From Octopus bimaculoides (lineage: Eukaryota): a stretch of DNA of 59,199 nucleotides. The stretch's first letter is position 1. Each line of letters begins with the position of its first letter. The notes beneath the pieces are model-generated. The model was not told the DNA's origin. It was given only the letters and a program-made list of their open reading frames with translations, and did no database searches. This document shows, piece after piece, positions 26,626 through 38,321 of this stretch. A program made the position numbers and the translations under genes. The stretch spans positions 30,904,779-30,963,977 of the forward strand of contig NC_068982.1 in the NCBI RefSeq assembly GCF_001194135.2, given 5' to 3'.

Positions 26626-26626
<1 letters not shown>
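26047..26626 (+). mobile_element. Helentron-associated non-autonomous element (HINE/DINE-1-like)
   Basis: The 5' end taacctccacctttgcgaaagcggtgg (subTIR plus stem-loop) is followed by ttgtttgttcgtcc...atatctcaagaaccactggatggtttcggatgaaactt. The 3' end is gccttagcggaggattgcgctctccaagtgct (inverted subTIR plus terminal stem). It lies in an ATT tract. Confidence 0.65.
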
Positions 26627-26694
<68 letters not shown>

Positions 26695-26800
26695 CATTAT
26701 TATCATCATTATTATTATCATCATTATCGTTATTATTATGATGATGATCATCATCATTATTATTAGTATCCTTATCGTTATTGTTATTATTAATATTATT
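26627..26800. repeat. (ATT)n/(ATC)n microsatellite
   Basis: Direct reading; it explains the poly-Ile ORFs. Confidence 0.95.
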
Positions 26801-26801
26801 G

Positions 26802-27180
26802 TTCAGTAGTTTTATTTTTATAACGTGCTTTCACTTCACTACCGAGCGCAGCTCTGTGCGCCTTGGGTATGTGCTGTGGTTTGCTGTGGTGCTCTTATGG
26901 TTACTGTATTGAAAGTGTTTTGCGTAGGATGTGTGCAGTGCCCAGTAGTGCAATTTTCTGTATGTTATATATATTTGTAAGTCCTGGTGTTTTTGTTATG
27001 TATTTGTCTGAATATTTTTTTTTTATACCTAAGGCACCTACTATAATAGGAATTGTTTCTGTTTTTAGATTCCACATTCGAGTTACCTCTATTTCCAGGT
27101 CTTTGTATTTTGAAAGTTTTTCCATTTCTTTTAGAGAGACGTTGTCATCTGCTGGTATTGATACATCAATTAGAAAGCAT
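26802..27180 (-). mobile_element. Dong-like (R4 clade) 3' fragment with RLE domain, embedded in (TAA)n
   Basis: CFLIDVSIPADDNVSLKEMEKLSKYKDLEIEVTRMWNLKTETIPIIVGALG...LLGTAHILRKTLSIQ*; same 3' UTR as the 22631 and 23451 copies. Confidence 0.92.
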
Positions 27181-28811
27181 TATTACTATTAACATTATCA
27201 TCTTCTTTCAATTCTGTTTCCATTTCTTGTCGAGTGTATTCCTGACACCCTAAGGCGGAGAAACTCACTGTATACATTGGTAGGCCATTAAAACAGACAC
27301 ACCAGATTGCTCATGTACAAAGTCACGAGACACGCCCCTTTCGACTCAAAAATTTATTACAAGTATTTTCAAATTTTGTTTTGAAAAACATATGTTTTAC
27401 ATAAATGGCGATGGCTTCCATTGTCAGTATACTGAAAGGATCAACAGGAGGTGACTCGGAAAGGCAGGTACAATACTTAGAAGGGAACGAAAATAGTACT
27501 CAAGCGTTGAAAGTTCAAAGTTCCTTTAATTGACAACACTGTTATAGTGACAAACAGGAATTTCAGTAACAGCAACAACAAGTATAACGATTTAGACAAC
27601 ATTAACGAGAGAAACAGCAGTAATGGTAACAAAGACAGCATTATGGTCATGGAAGGGAGGAAGTATTCAAAGTTTGCACGTAGTATTAAAAACAAGAGTA
27701 ACACTATTAACAAACGTAACAAAACAGCAGTAGCGACAAAAGCACCAAGTGAACGCATAGCAATTTTCTTTTATTTTACCGAGATTACCAGAGATTTTAA
27801 CTGTTTCACTCGACAAAAGGCATGAGCATTTAAAAGACGCGGAGGAAACCATTAAACTAAGTGAACCGGGACGCTTTTTAGAGCAAACACAAAGGGATAC
27901 AATTCTGTATAGATCCTCATCTAAAATTAGTTCGTATTTCTTTAGACCAAACTAAAATCTGATTAAAAAAACATTTGTTCAGGCATAAATTTTCTAGGAC
28001 ATGTTCATACGTTCGGATACATCTGAGTTATTTGCTATTCGGAAAGTGTAGACCACAAACACTCCACCGATCCATAAACAACTGAAGATTTTACACTGAA
28101 ACCCGTCTACTTGGGACGGAGAGTAATCCAAGACTAGTGATGAGTAGTGCGGTAAAATGTATGGTTTCGGAACGTCTTAGCACGCTGTTAGAAAAATGAG
28201 AGAGAGATTTTGAAATGAAAATTGGATTGGGATGGGGTTGGAAATTTTGATTAATGTGAAACCTGAGACACTGAATAATAGCTCTGACCTAGCAGAAATC
28301 TCAGGAAGGCAGTAAGTGCAGACGACAGTTGAGAGTGGAAAATCTCAGTACTACACTTGTGCAGACACTAATCGACCTAGCGCCTTTTGTCTCACAGAAC
28401 AATATAAAATGTAAGCTAATACAAAGCCGTTAAATAAGTATCAACCATGTACAGGGTTGATATAATAAATTTGCCACTTCCTCCTAAAAATGGTTGGCCT
28501 TGTGTCAAAATTTGAAGCAGCTATTATTAGTGGCATCAACACAAGTAGTTGTAGTCTTAGTAGTAGCAGTTGCTGCAGCAGCAGACGTGGAAGAGTGTGG
28601 GATTGTGTTTCTGTGTAGAAAATGTTTTCTCACATTCCTTTGTAAATGTTTCTTTGTAAATATTACTTTCAGAAAACCCATCTGAATCGTCTATATTCCG
28701 AAAGAAAAGAAAAAGGTTGGTCATTTTCAGACATTTTATACACCATTAATTTTTGAGTTTACATCCAAGCTAAAATAAATGGCTACAAGTCGACAAAGAA
28801 ATATCGCCTAC

Positions 28812-28846
<35 letters not shown>

Positions 28847-31800
28847 AATCATTTGAATACAACGGCACAGAAAACAAACAGGAAGAAAAAAGAAATGGAA
28901 GCCAATTTAAACTCACAGTAAAATGTAAATATTTTTCATGAGAAAATATAAATAATTTATTGATTGAAAACACAAACTAAACATTGGAAAAGTTTTCAGT
29001 TATGACATAGCAAACAGCAGCAACAACAACAATGCACACATATAATCAATCTCATTTCATCTGTTTTTGCCAAGTGAAAAACATAATGGAGAGTTCGGAT
29101 TGAGTAACGGTGAAAATCATTTTCAATACTCCTTCTTTTGCTGAAGGCAGACACTTGATATGAATTATATGGTGGAAAAAAAAATTACCTGAGAAATCTT
29201 TGTGATAGTAGCAAGCTCTGAAATAAAGTAGTTTCTTATCAAATGCATGAAAAAGAAAAAGAAAAAGAAAAGGAAACCGGAAATAACTTATCTGCTTTTC
29301 GTCATTCACAAGGGATTTTCTCGTGGCAACAAAGCATAATTGCAAACAGAACTAACCGAGCTATGGAATGGCCTATTATCCTAGTAGGTAAAGAAATTAG
29401 ATAATTCTGTATGTTGTATTCAAAATGGAGGAGACGAATAGGCAGACCGAACAAGTGTCTCACAAGATTCACAATTAGTGGAGACTTAGCTCCTTGGCAC
29501 GCCTCCACTTTAGGGATCCAAACTGCCTGTGTCGTACACGCTAATATATCACCAAAAAGAACCCATAGTCGAGTAGAGTCAACACATATAGAATGCTATA
29601 ATGAACTTCGACAACCATAGAACAAATCTAGATCCGTACTTGGTCGTAGATTCACATAAATAAAAAAATAAATGCCATGAGATTGGAGGGGCATGGCAGA
29701 GAGCCCAGATATGAGACTTGTGATGATAAGAATCACTGGAAAGTTTACTGCCTCGGTGAATTAGGTAGGCAGGAAAAGAAAGAATGCGATGTACACTACA
29801 GAGCCATCAGATCTCGAAGGCTACTGTTCAAACAAGACGATCAGTTGCACCATATGTTGGAACATTTCATCGTAAATTATTCATATCTTTGTTTTTCATG
29901 CCTGTATTACATATATCACACACTGGTTGTATAAATACTGTTTTGTTATTTCAAAATATTAGATTCCTTGAAGGCTAGAGTGGATTTGATTGAATACTTA
30001 ACTGGCTTAATATAAAAAGAAAAATGTTGTGTCATCAATGGTATTGCACCCACACCTCTATAAAAATTAGTGTCGAAGTGAAAAATCCAAATTCTTGTCA
30101 TTGTTTACTTTAACCCAAGTCAGTCCTGATCGAATAGATCTATGGTCAAATGTGTTCTAGCTGTAATCGCATAGTGTTTTTGCATAATTAATAACTTCTC
30201 AGTTGAAGTGTGTCCTGTGTTTTTTTAAGATACGGTGCGACTTGAGTGAATTTCGGCTGGTATTACTAGCACATACTGGTACGTCAAGTGACCACACCGA
30301 AACTATGTAGCTTAGAATGGAAGTAAGTTCCCCGTGGTTGCATACTATAGCCTTGCTACTAACATCTTTTATGTAATTCAGGAATACATAGATGTCATAT
30401 TTTCAATTTTGTTTCTTCTCACAAAAATATGAAATGATATGAGGCTACTATAATTTCTCAACCACTTGGTATGTACTTTAAAGTACTTAAGTTCAGTTTT
30501 AAGATATTAAGTGTTTGACAGACAAACGTCTAAGGTCCTCCTTCTCCACTATACAATTTCACTAAAGTGCTGTTTTCACTAAGATAACATTCCTAGAATA
30601 TCTAGTCAGATAAATCGAGATATGTACAAAATATGTGTCCTGCCTATATATACCATGATACGACCTATATGCTCGAAACCAATCTATTGATAACCTTTGA
30701 ATATAAATCCTTTGAATATGAATCTCAGAAATCAGAAGTAGGTATATTATCTTACATTGTCATCAATTCTAATAAGGAATCAGCTCCTCCATAGTTTGTA
30801 ATACTAATGGTAAGATGCTTCAGGTTAAAGAAAAAAGTGCATACATTGAAGGAAAAATTACATTAACGGGAGCTTGAAAGTTAAACGTAATGAGGAATGG
30901 CATACAAGCTATTTATAACAGTAATTCATTTAATGGTTATCGCAGACATTTTTTTTTCTTTGTAAGACAATTTAGGATGCATGAAATCAAGACGTAAATA
31001 GTGATATTTGTTTCGCTGGCTTATATCTCTTCTGATATTTTTAACTAATGGCTCATAAAGAGACAGAAGGTCACTAACGAGACAGCAATATAGGTAAGAA
31101 TATTTTAGATAGGAAAATAGGATAGGATTTTCAATAAAAGAGAAATAAGTTGTATGATGGATAATGAAATGTGAAACAGGGTCATTCTAGAGAAAGAGAA
31201 CATGAATTACGAAGGAGATAACAGTAATGGATATATATATATATATATATGCATCATATTCTTTGAGATTAGAGAAAGTATAGTCTGCTATTTATTCAGC
31301 AGTATTTATTCTGCTATTTATTCAGAAAAAAATTATTCCTGAATAACTGAATGTGCCATTACAGTGGTTAAGTGTTTTACTTTAAATACTAGAACTGAAG
31401 TTATATGACGGTACAATATTGTATATACAGCTTCAAATACAGGATATTCTTATCGGCAGCTGTCGACTGGAGATCGCAACCATATCGACAACCTCAGATA
31501 TTCTCGCGCCTTCTGGGTGGGGTGGGAACTGAGCGGAATTAATCCTGGCAAAGAATATCCACGTTATTTTTGTTGATTATTTTCTTACCATTGATGTAGT
31601 CAACTTAGCTTTAATATTTGTACTAGATTTAATCTGAGACAGAGGAAAATGGATGAGTTAGTGAGAGCTGTACCACATTTTATCAACGCTTGATGACGAT
31701 GATGACGGTGGTGGCATTTAAGAAGAGGGAAAGTCGTAGTGAATATATTTATGATGGAAACGGAAATGGTAGCAACAAGGAATATGACAACAGCCTCAAA

Positions 31801-32184
31801 TCGACTAACTAAATTGTATAAATGGTTTGGGGTGGTATAATGTTTTGGTTGAGGCGTTGCTGAGTTGTTGATGATCAATGTGCTACACCTCATTAAAATA
31901 ATCAAATGTAATATTAAGAATTTTCGCTTCACATTCTGATTTGAAGTCCTGTCAGTGTTGACATAGATTTTCCATGTTCCACAGTCTATAACTTGACCTT
32001 AGTTTAACCAACTACACATTACGTTTGCAAATCATGAGCACAATGTATCCAACGAGTATATCAAGGAGGTAACACAGTTGTTTTACTGTTGTTTAGACCT
32101 AGGGAAACCAACCTTGATACATAAAACCAATGTGTAAAGGACTCTCAATCACGTCATTTCTATCTTATCTGATACATTGCATGT

Positions 32185-32557
32185 TGTTGTCGGTACACCG
32201 TCGCTTACGACGTCGAGGGTTCCAGTTGATCCGATCAACGTAACAGCCTGCTCGTGAAATTAACGTGCAAGTGGCTGAGCACTCCACAGACACGTGTACC
32301 CTTGACGTAGTTTTCAGGGATATTCAGCGTGACACAGTGTGACAAGGCTGACCCTTTGAATTACAGGCACAACAGAAACAGGAAGTAAGAGTGAGAGAGA
32401 GAGTACAGCAGGGTTCGCCACCATCCCCTGCCGGAGCCTCGTGGAGCTTTAGGTGTTTTCGCTCAATAAACACTCACAAAGCCCGGTCTGGGAATCGAAA
32501 CCTCGATCCTATGACCGCGAGTCCGCTGCCATAACCACTGGGCCATTGCGCCTCCAC
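32185..32557 (-). mobile_element. tRNA-derived SINE (family C), full length, 12-bp TSD
   Basis: Head gtggaggcgcaatggcccagtggttatggcagcggactcgcggtcataggatcgaggtttcgattcccagaccggg (A and B boxes). TSD tacattgcatgt at 32173-32184 and 32558-32569; tail (CAA)n. Confidence 0.9.
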
Positions 32558-32946
32558 TACATTGCATGTAGGACTCCTTTATCAATGTGTCTTTCTTTCT
32601 ATTTTTAAGATGATACAGTTTTATTGCAAATCTGGTTACTATTTCTAGGAAGTCAGTCGACAGTGTAGAGGGTCCTTCATTGGTTGGTCAACCCAGTTTT
32701 GACGCTTGATGGAAGCTATTTCCGTTACTGTAAAATACCAAAGACGTTGGTTAATTAATATTTTCTACTATAGGTAGAAAGCCTTAAATTTCCATTAATC
32801 TCAGTACTCAAATTGTAATTATTTAATCAACCCCGAAATGATGAAAAGCAAAGTCGATCTCGGTGGCATTTGAACTCAGATCGTAAAGATGGACGAAATA
32901 CCGCTAAGCGTTTTGTACGGCGTGCTAACAATTCTGTTAGCTCGCC

Positions 32947-33537
32947 GGATCTATTTTAAAACGGGGGCCACATTTTTCATTAATGTTTTACGTAGTGTTT
33001 TTGGTACGGAAAGACTTTCAAACTTCGTATACTTATCTATTTTGTGTTATAGAACAGAAAGATATTTTTGTATTCGAATTTATTTCATGTAAAAAATTGT
33101 CTTATTTCGATAATTTCAACCAATCACTGACAAGTATTCAGTTGTTTATATTTACTACTTTGGCTGATTAAGCGATGTAAAGCGTATTTAATCTCCATAC
33201 CTTCGTTTTATTGACTTTTTTCATTTTAAATTTGCTTTAACCCTAACCCTAACCCTAACCCTAACCCTAGGGTTAGGGTTAGGGTTAGGGTTAGGGTTAA
33301 TTGTTTCAGAATCGTTTGTTTATGTAGTCGGCACTTAATGTATATCGGCTGAATGGACGTCAGTGATTGGTTGAAATTACAGAAATACGACAACTTTAAC
33401 ATGGAACAACTTATGGATTGCTTTTTTTTTAAAGAAGACTAAGAGAAAAAGATGTTTTATATGACACATTCTACCAGTGTTCCAAGTTTCAAAGTGTTTC
33501 GTTAATGAAAAATGTGGCCCCCGTTTTAAAAAAATCC
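32947..33537. mobile_element. Non-autonomous DNA transposon (MITE): 36-37 bp TIRs starting GG, 8-bp TSD (Merlin-like or hAT-like)
   Basis: Left TIR ggatctattttaaaacgggggccacatttttcattaa; right TIR (reverse complement) ggatttttttaaaacgggggccacatttttcattaa. TSD agctcgcc at 32939-32946 and 33538-33545. Confidence 0.9.
33237..33300. repeat. Perfect 64-bp head-to-head telomeric palindrome, ttaa(CCCTAA)4CCCT|AG(GGTTAG)4GGTTAA
   Basis: Direct reading; the 32-bp arms are exact reverse complements with no spacer. Confidence 0.97.
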
Positions 33538-35309
33538 AGCTCGCCTCCTTACATTGACTAAATAATGAATATTAAATCGTTTGCATCTCTCCTTTTCTAC
33601 AAGTTTTATATAGTATATCTGTAAGATGTCATTATCAGAGCAAAGGAAAGGTGCTAATTTAGCAGTAATAGTACATAGGTTTTGATTTTAAGCTTCAATG
33701 TTCCAAGCTGAAATCCTGTTAGGGTCGACCTTTAATGACGTTCGTCTGAGGCTGAGAAAATTAGCTTTGGAAATATATTATAATTGACATGATCAATTAC
33801 ACCCATCCTTTACAAATCTGTCATCTTGTACTAATGTATTAATTCACTCTTTTGCTTATGGTTGATAGGCAGAAAAGACAGCTGTAGAAAGCTTAATGAT
33901 TTAAGCTGTGTAGGCCAGTTCTTTCTTATTCTCGTTTCGAAAATCTGTCAGGATTAATGTTTTATTTGATCCTATTGATGAAATGAGAACTAAATACAAA
34001 CTGATATCAATGTAATTAACCATAACTTACCTTTGCAGTATATTTTATCAAAAAAAACAAAACAAAAAACAATCGATACTAAAACTGAAGAAAAGTGTTA
34101 CTATAAGGTATTTTTACAGACATGGTGTAAGGGAAATCAGAAGGTAGATTTTGAATCTAAATTGTTGCCGTATCAGTTTTGTTTGCATTTGAAAAGCATT
34201 GAGAAAGTTATGCACGTCACATAACCGGTTTTATTCTCTCTTACAAACTCTTATAAATCTGAATCATCGTTTAAGTCTGTGTTGCAAATTATTTATAGGA
34301 TTGGAAAGATTCGAACTAAATACATCAAGTTAACAAAAGATTAAGATTATACCTATTAAACTAATATTAAATGAAATGTTAATGCATGTTTAACAACGGT
34401 CGAGATGCTGTTGTTGTTGCTGCGGCTGCTGCTGATGATGATGGTGATGACGAGTAGTAGGAAGAGGAGGAACATAGAATTGTACTTTTGAAGGAGATGG
34501 AAATGAAAACAACAATAGACATGATAACAGCCTCAAATCGACAAACAAAATTGGATAGATTGGTATCTCATTGGTGGATAGAGCACTAGGTGGTGGATGA
34601 TATGCTGCACCTCATTAAAATCAACAAATACAATTCACAATTGCTGTGGCATTATTTTAGATATCTGCTCTGAAAATAAGTTATAGAAATGCCAATATCT
34701 TTCAACTCTAACCATTTTCAGACATAAATTGTACTGCATGACCTGATGCCGACGTAGTTTGTTTGGTTAATTTGGTGGCTGCGGTGTCTGCAAGCGTTCG
34801 AAAAGTAATGAAACGCATGAAGCAAACAAATTGATAATGATGAAAGAATAAGAAAACGAGAAAGAAAAAAAAAATAAATAAATAGAAATAAAAATAAATA
34901 CAAAAACAAAACAAAAAGTAAGAAATAGATTTCACATTTAGAAATCTTTAATGAAACAATGAATGTAATTGAAAGTTTGTTAGTTTCATAGATACCATAT
35001 GAAAAATAGCTTGCAGGTTCACTATAAAAAGAATATGATCAATGAAAGAGGTGTTGGGAAAGGGCAGAAGTCAATATTTGATCTCAGAGTCTTAACTTAT
35101 CTCGTGGCATCTCATTGTCTAAATATTTTAAAAATTAATTTCCTTTTAATTGTGTTTTTTTTTTTACTTAAGTTTATTGTCATAATAACAATATCGATAA
35201 TGATAATGGTAATAATTGTGATAATTTAATGACCAAATGATAACAATAATGATAATGATGATAGCACCAGTATCAATGGTTCTCCGGATCATCGCAATGT
35301 CAATATATT

Positions 35310-35343
35310 AACAACAGCAATAATAATGATGATGATGATGATG

Positions 35344-35377
<34 letters not shown>

Positions 35378-35396
35378 CAACAATAATAATAATAAT

Positions 35397-35434
<38 letters not shown>

Positions 35435-35445
35435 TAATAATAACA
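35310..35445. repeat. (GAT)n/(AAT)n/(AAC) microsatellite
   Basis: Direct reading. Confidence 0.95.
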
Positions 35446-35446
35446 G

Positions 35447-36720
35447 TGTTGTTCTTTATTAACTACGAGGGATGGCGAAATGTCGAGGATCAGATTACAT
35501 AACAAGCGTGTATGAAAGAGAATTACGGAAATAAATTAACCGGAAATTCAAACAAAAATAATTCCCAGACGAAATCCCATTAAATCCCGGATCACCCTAC
35601 TCTTCTCCGATTCTTCTCCTCCATGTTCAGAGCAAGCCCATTCACCCCGGCCATGCTAGTCACTAACATCCACTTCCCAGCAAATTTACTCAGAAGCAGC
35701 AGTTACCTCTCCGTCCTCACTTCTCTTTTCAAGCGAAACTTGAAAAGTTGATGAGGATTAAGTCAAAGATGTCGGTCTTCAATTCTTTGAAACTTGTCCG
35801 TCAAACGATTTCTTTCACCAAAGTCACCAGGCATATAAATACTACCCGTCCTTCCCGGTCAAAGGAAGTTAGTAGAAAGATTTTCCCAATGGACTCAGCT
35901 GATAGCTGAATATGACCCATACAAGGTAGCAGATGTTCACATAATTCCAAAAGTCGCCAATTCACAAACATGGATGAATGCGTGCAGAACAGCTTCATCG
36001 TTCTACAAGCATCTCGTGCATGCACGGTTGATAGAATTTCCCTGTTTTACATCATCTCGAACTCCCCCCGGTTGTACTGCCTGTTAGAGTTCTGGAAATT
36101 ATCCATAGGCTCCGGTCCTCAGATTCTCTGGAACAGAGAAGCTAGATTATACTTATCGTCAACCAGTGTTTCCTCGCTAAGAAATGTCTTGTACATATCG
36201 TATATAAGTTTTATCGTAGCTTTGGTTTCCTTATGAATGACTTTGATTTTCATTTCCTTCAGAAGAAAAGGCTTGTTTCTTCTCATAAAATATTTTCTCT
36301 CCTCCATAAGATGAGTTCGTCCTCGACAGGAACTGTCTTCTCATCACAGGAGATGTATCCCACTTCACAATTACTTACCGCGTCATTTGAACTTTTTTTT
36401 AAAGTTGACTTTCATTTTTTTAGATAATCTGCTTCGCCCCTTTGGTCTCCATCTTTATAAGTTGATGGAGTGGTACAATCATGAGAGGAACTTTCCTTGT
36501 CTTCGCTAGTTGTAATTAGAAGAGGGAGTCTTGGGTCTCACGGCCTGATCCTGGTAAGGCGGATAGAACAATTTGATTTGCCGGTTCATGGTTTGTATCT
36601 GGTGTCGCTTTGGTGCATCACATTCCATAATTTGTTTTCGTTCTTATAGCATTCTATGAAGAAGACCCGCAAATGTCTTTTGCTATGGCATGTTTAGCAG
36701 TTGGATGTTGTGTTTCAAGG
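35447..36720 (-). mobile_element. Tx1/L1-clade LINE 3' fragment, degenerate
   Basis: LFQRI*GPEPMDNF, CTRCL*NDEAVLHAF (CCHC knuckle), HIQLSAESIGK...FDREGRVVFICLV, homologous to 43090-43455. It ends aataaagaacaac next to an (AAT)n tract. Confidence 0.75.
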
Positions 36721-37560
36721 TCTTCATCTTATTTCTCTGTATAAAACATAGTTCTATTAACGTTTTGTATTTTGAAGGTTTCACGAGGATTTATAAGTAC
36801 CTAGTGATTCCACCCAATCACATATCATTAAGTGTTACATCTGCACTGACCACCTGTACATATAGATTGCCTGAAGGTTTTGGTGGAGGTGGTTTAGTTC
36901 GTTAAATCGACTTCAGTACTAACTGATATCATATTTTCTCAATACCACAGGGATGGAATGTAAAGTCAATTGGAACTCAGAACTTAAAGTGCCGGGAAAA
37001 ATATTGTATGTCATTTTGTCTATTGCTGTAATTATTCTGTAACATAGACAAAAGGCTGTGAATTTGAAGGCAGTAGAACAGTCGATTGTATCGTGCTATT
37101 TTGATGTACTTTGTCGGCAGTGTAAGAATGTAAGATCGAGAAACTGTCACAGTATAAATATCTTCATAACAGAGATAATAAATTATAAACGAAATCGTGT
37201 AGTCATAACAAGGCTCGCAGCTTTATATATACACTCCACAAGAGGCCTCTGCTTGGCACAACGCTCATTCTACGCATAGCGTTTTCGATTCAGTTACACG
37301 ACTCAGCATATCCTCTATAGACAACACAGTCTATGCAATCAACGCTCAATAAAATGATACAACAACATACCCTTATATAATCAATATTCCGCACTGTAAC
37401 CATCAACAACTAACACAACTCACCTTCTACGCAATTGCTACCCAATAATATAACACAATCCACGAAACGTGCAGTCTTCATAATCAGAATTCGACACACA
37501 GACTCGTAACATCAATCACACAGCAAGCATAATATATAATACACACACACACACACACAC

Positions 37561-37623
<63 letters not shown>

Positions 37624-38039
37624 CAAGCAGAATATATAAAGAACAAACAGAACACACGAAATGCAAATCACAATTCGCATTGCATATACGAAACACTAAA
37701 ATAAAACAGAAACAATAACACAAATTCCACAAGAAATCAATTCTTATATATACAAATACAGTTCTACATCCCCCAAAGCAGATAGTGTACACATACACCA
37801 GAAACACGGAAATGAAATTATACATCGCCAAAACCAGATATTGCACACATACATTAAAGGAAGACGGAGTTGCAATTCTACGTCGCCAAAAGCAGATGTT
37901 GCACACACATCAAAAAGTGGAGGCTCATCTCGTGGTACAAACTTGCATAAAACTATGTAAGATATGATATACTGGACATCACCAGAGAAATGAACAGTTT
38001 ATGAAAGACAAAGCCACTCTTTTGAACACCTGGCACAAC

Positions 38040-38225
38040 AAACAAGTTCTTATCTAAAAGACTGAAAGTTACTGAAATTGAGCCTTACACAGTCGACTTG
38101 CAGAAAAGTGCAATTCTGCATTCCGTAAGAATCGTAAGAAAGATTCTTCAAATTTGAGGAGGCTTGTTGTCATCATCATAACCCAAGGCAACATCTCTGT
38201 TAACTAATAAAACATGAAATAATTA
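38040..38225 (+). mobile_element. R4/Dong-clade extreme 3' end followed by (CTA)n/(AAT)n/(GAT)n
   Basis: DLQKSAILHSVRIVRKILQI* plus a short UTR ending aataaaacatgaaataat. Confidence 0.65.
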
Positions 38226-38226
38226 T

Positions 38227-38262
<36 letters not shown>

Positions 38263-38289
38263 ATAATAATAATAATAATGATGATGATG

Positions 38290-38321
<32 letters not shown>

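Larger units (their letters stand above)
32790..33560 (-). mobile_element. SINE family B, split by the MITE at 32947-33537
   Basis: aaaagcaaagtcgatctcggtggcatttgaactcag...cgtgctaacaattctgttagctcgcc | MITE | agctcgcctcctt (SINE head). Confidence 0.85.

Noticed and set aside
32480-32557. Functional tRNA gene
   Set aside because: The tRNA-like A/B boxes are the head of a TSD-flanked SINE; the same applies to the other SINE heads.
33237-33300. Ancestral chromosome end-to-end fusion site
   Set aside because: The palindrome is short, lacks subtelomeric flanks and lies inside a TIR/TSD-bounded element, so transposon cargo is the simpler explanation.
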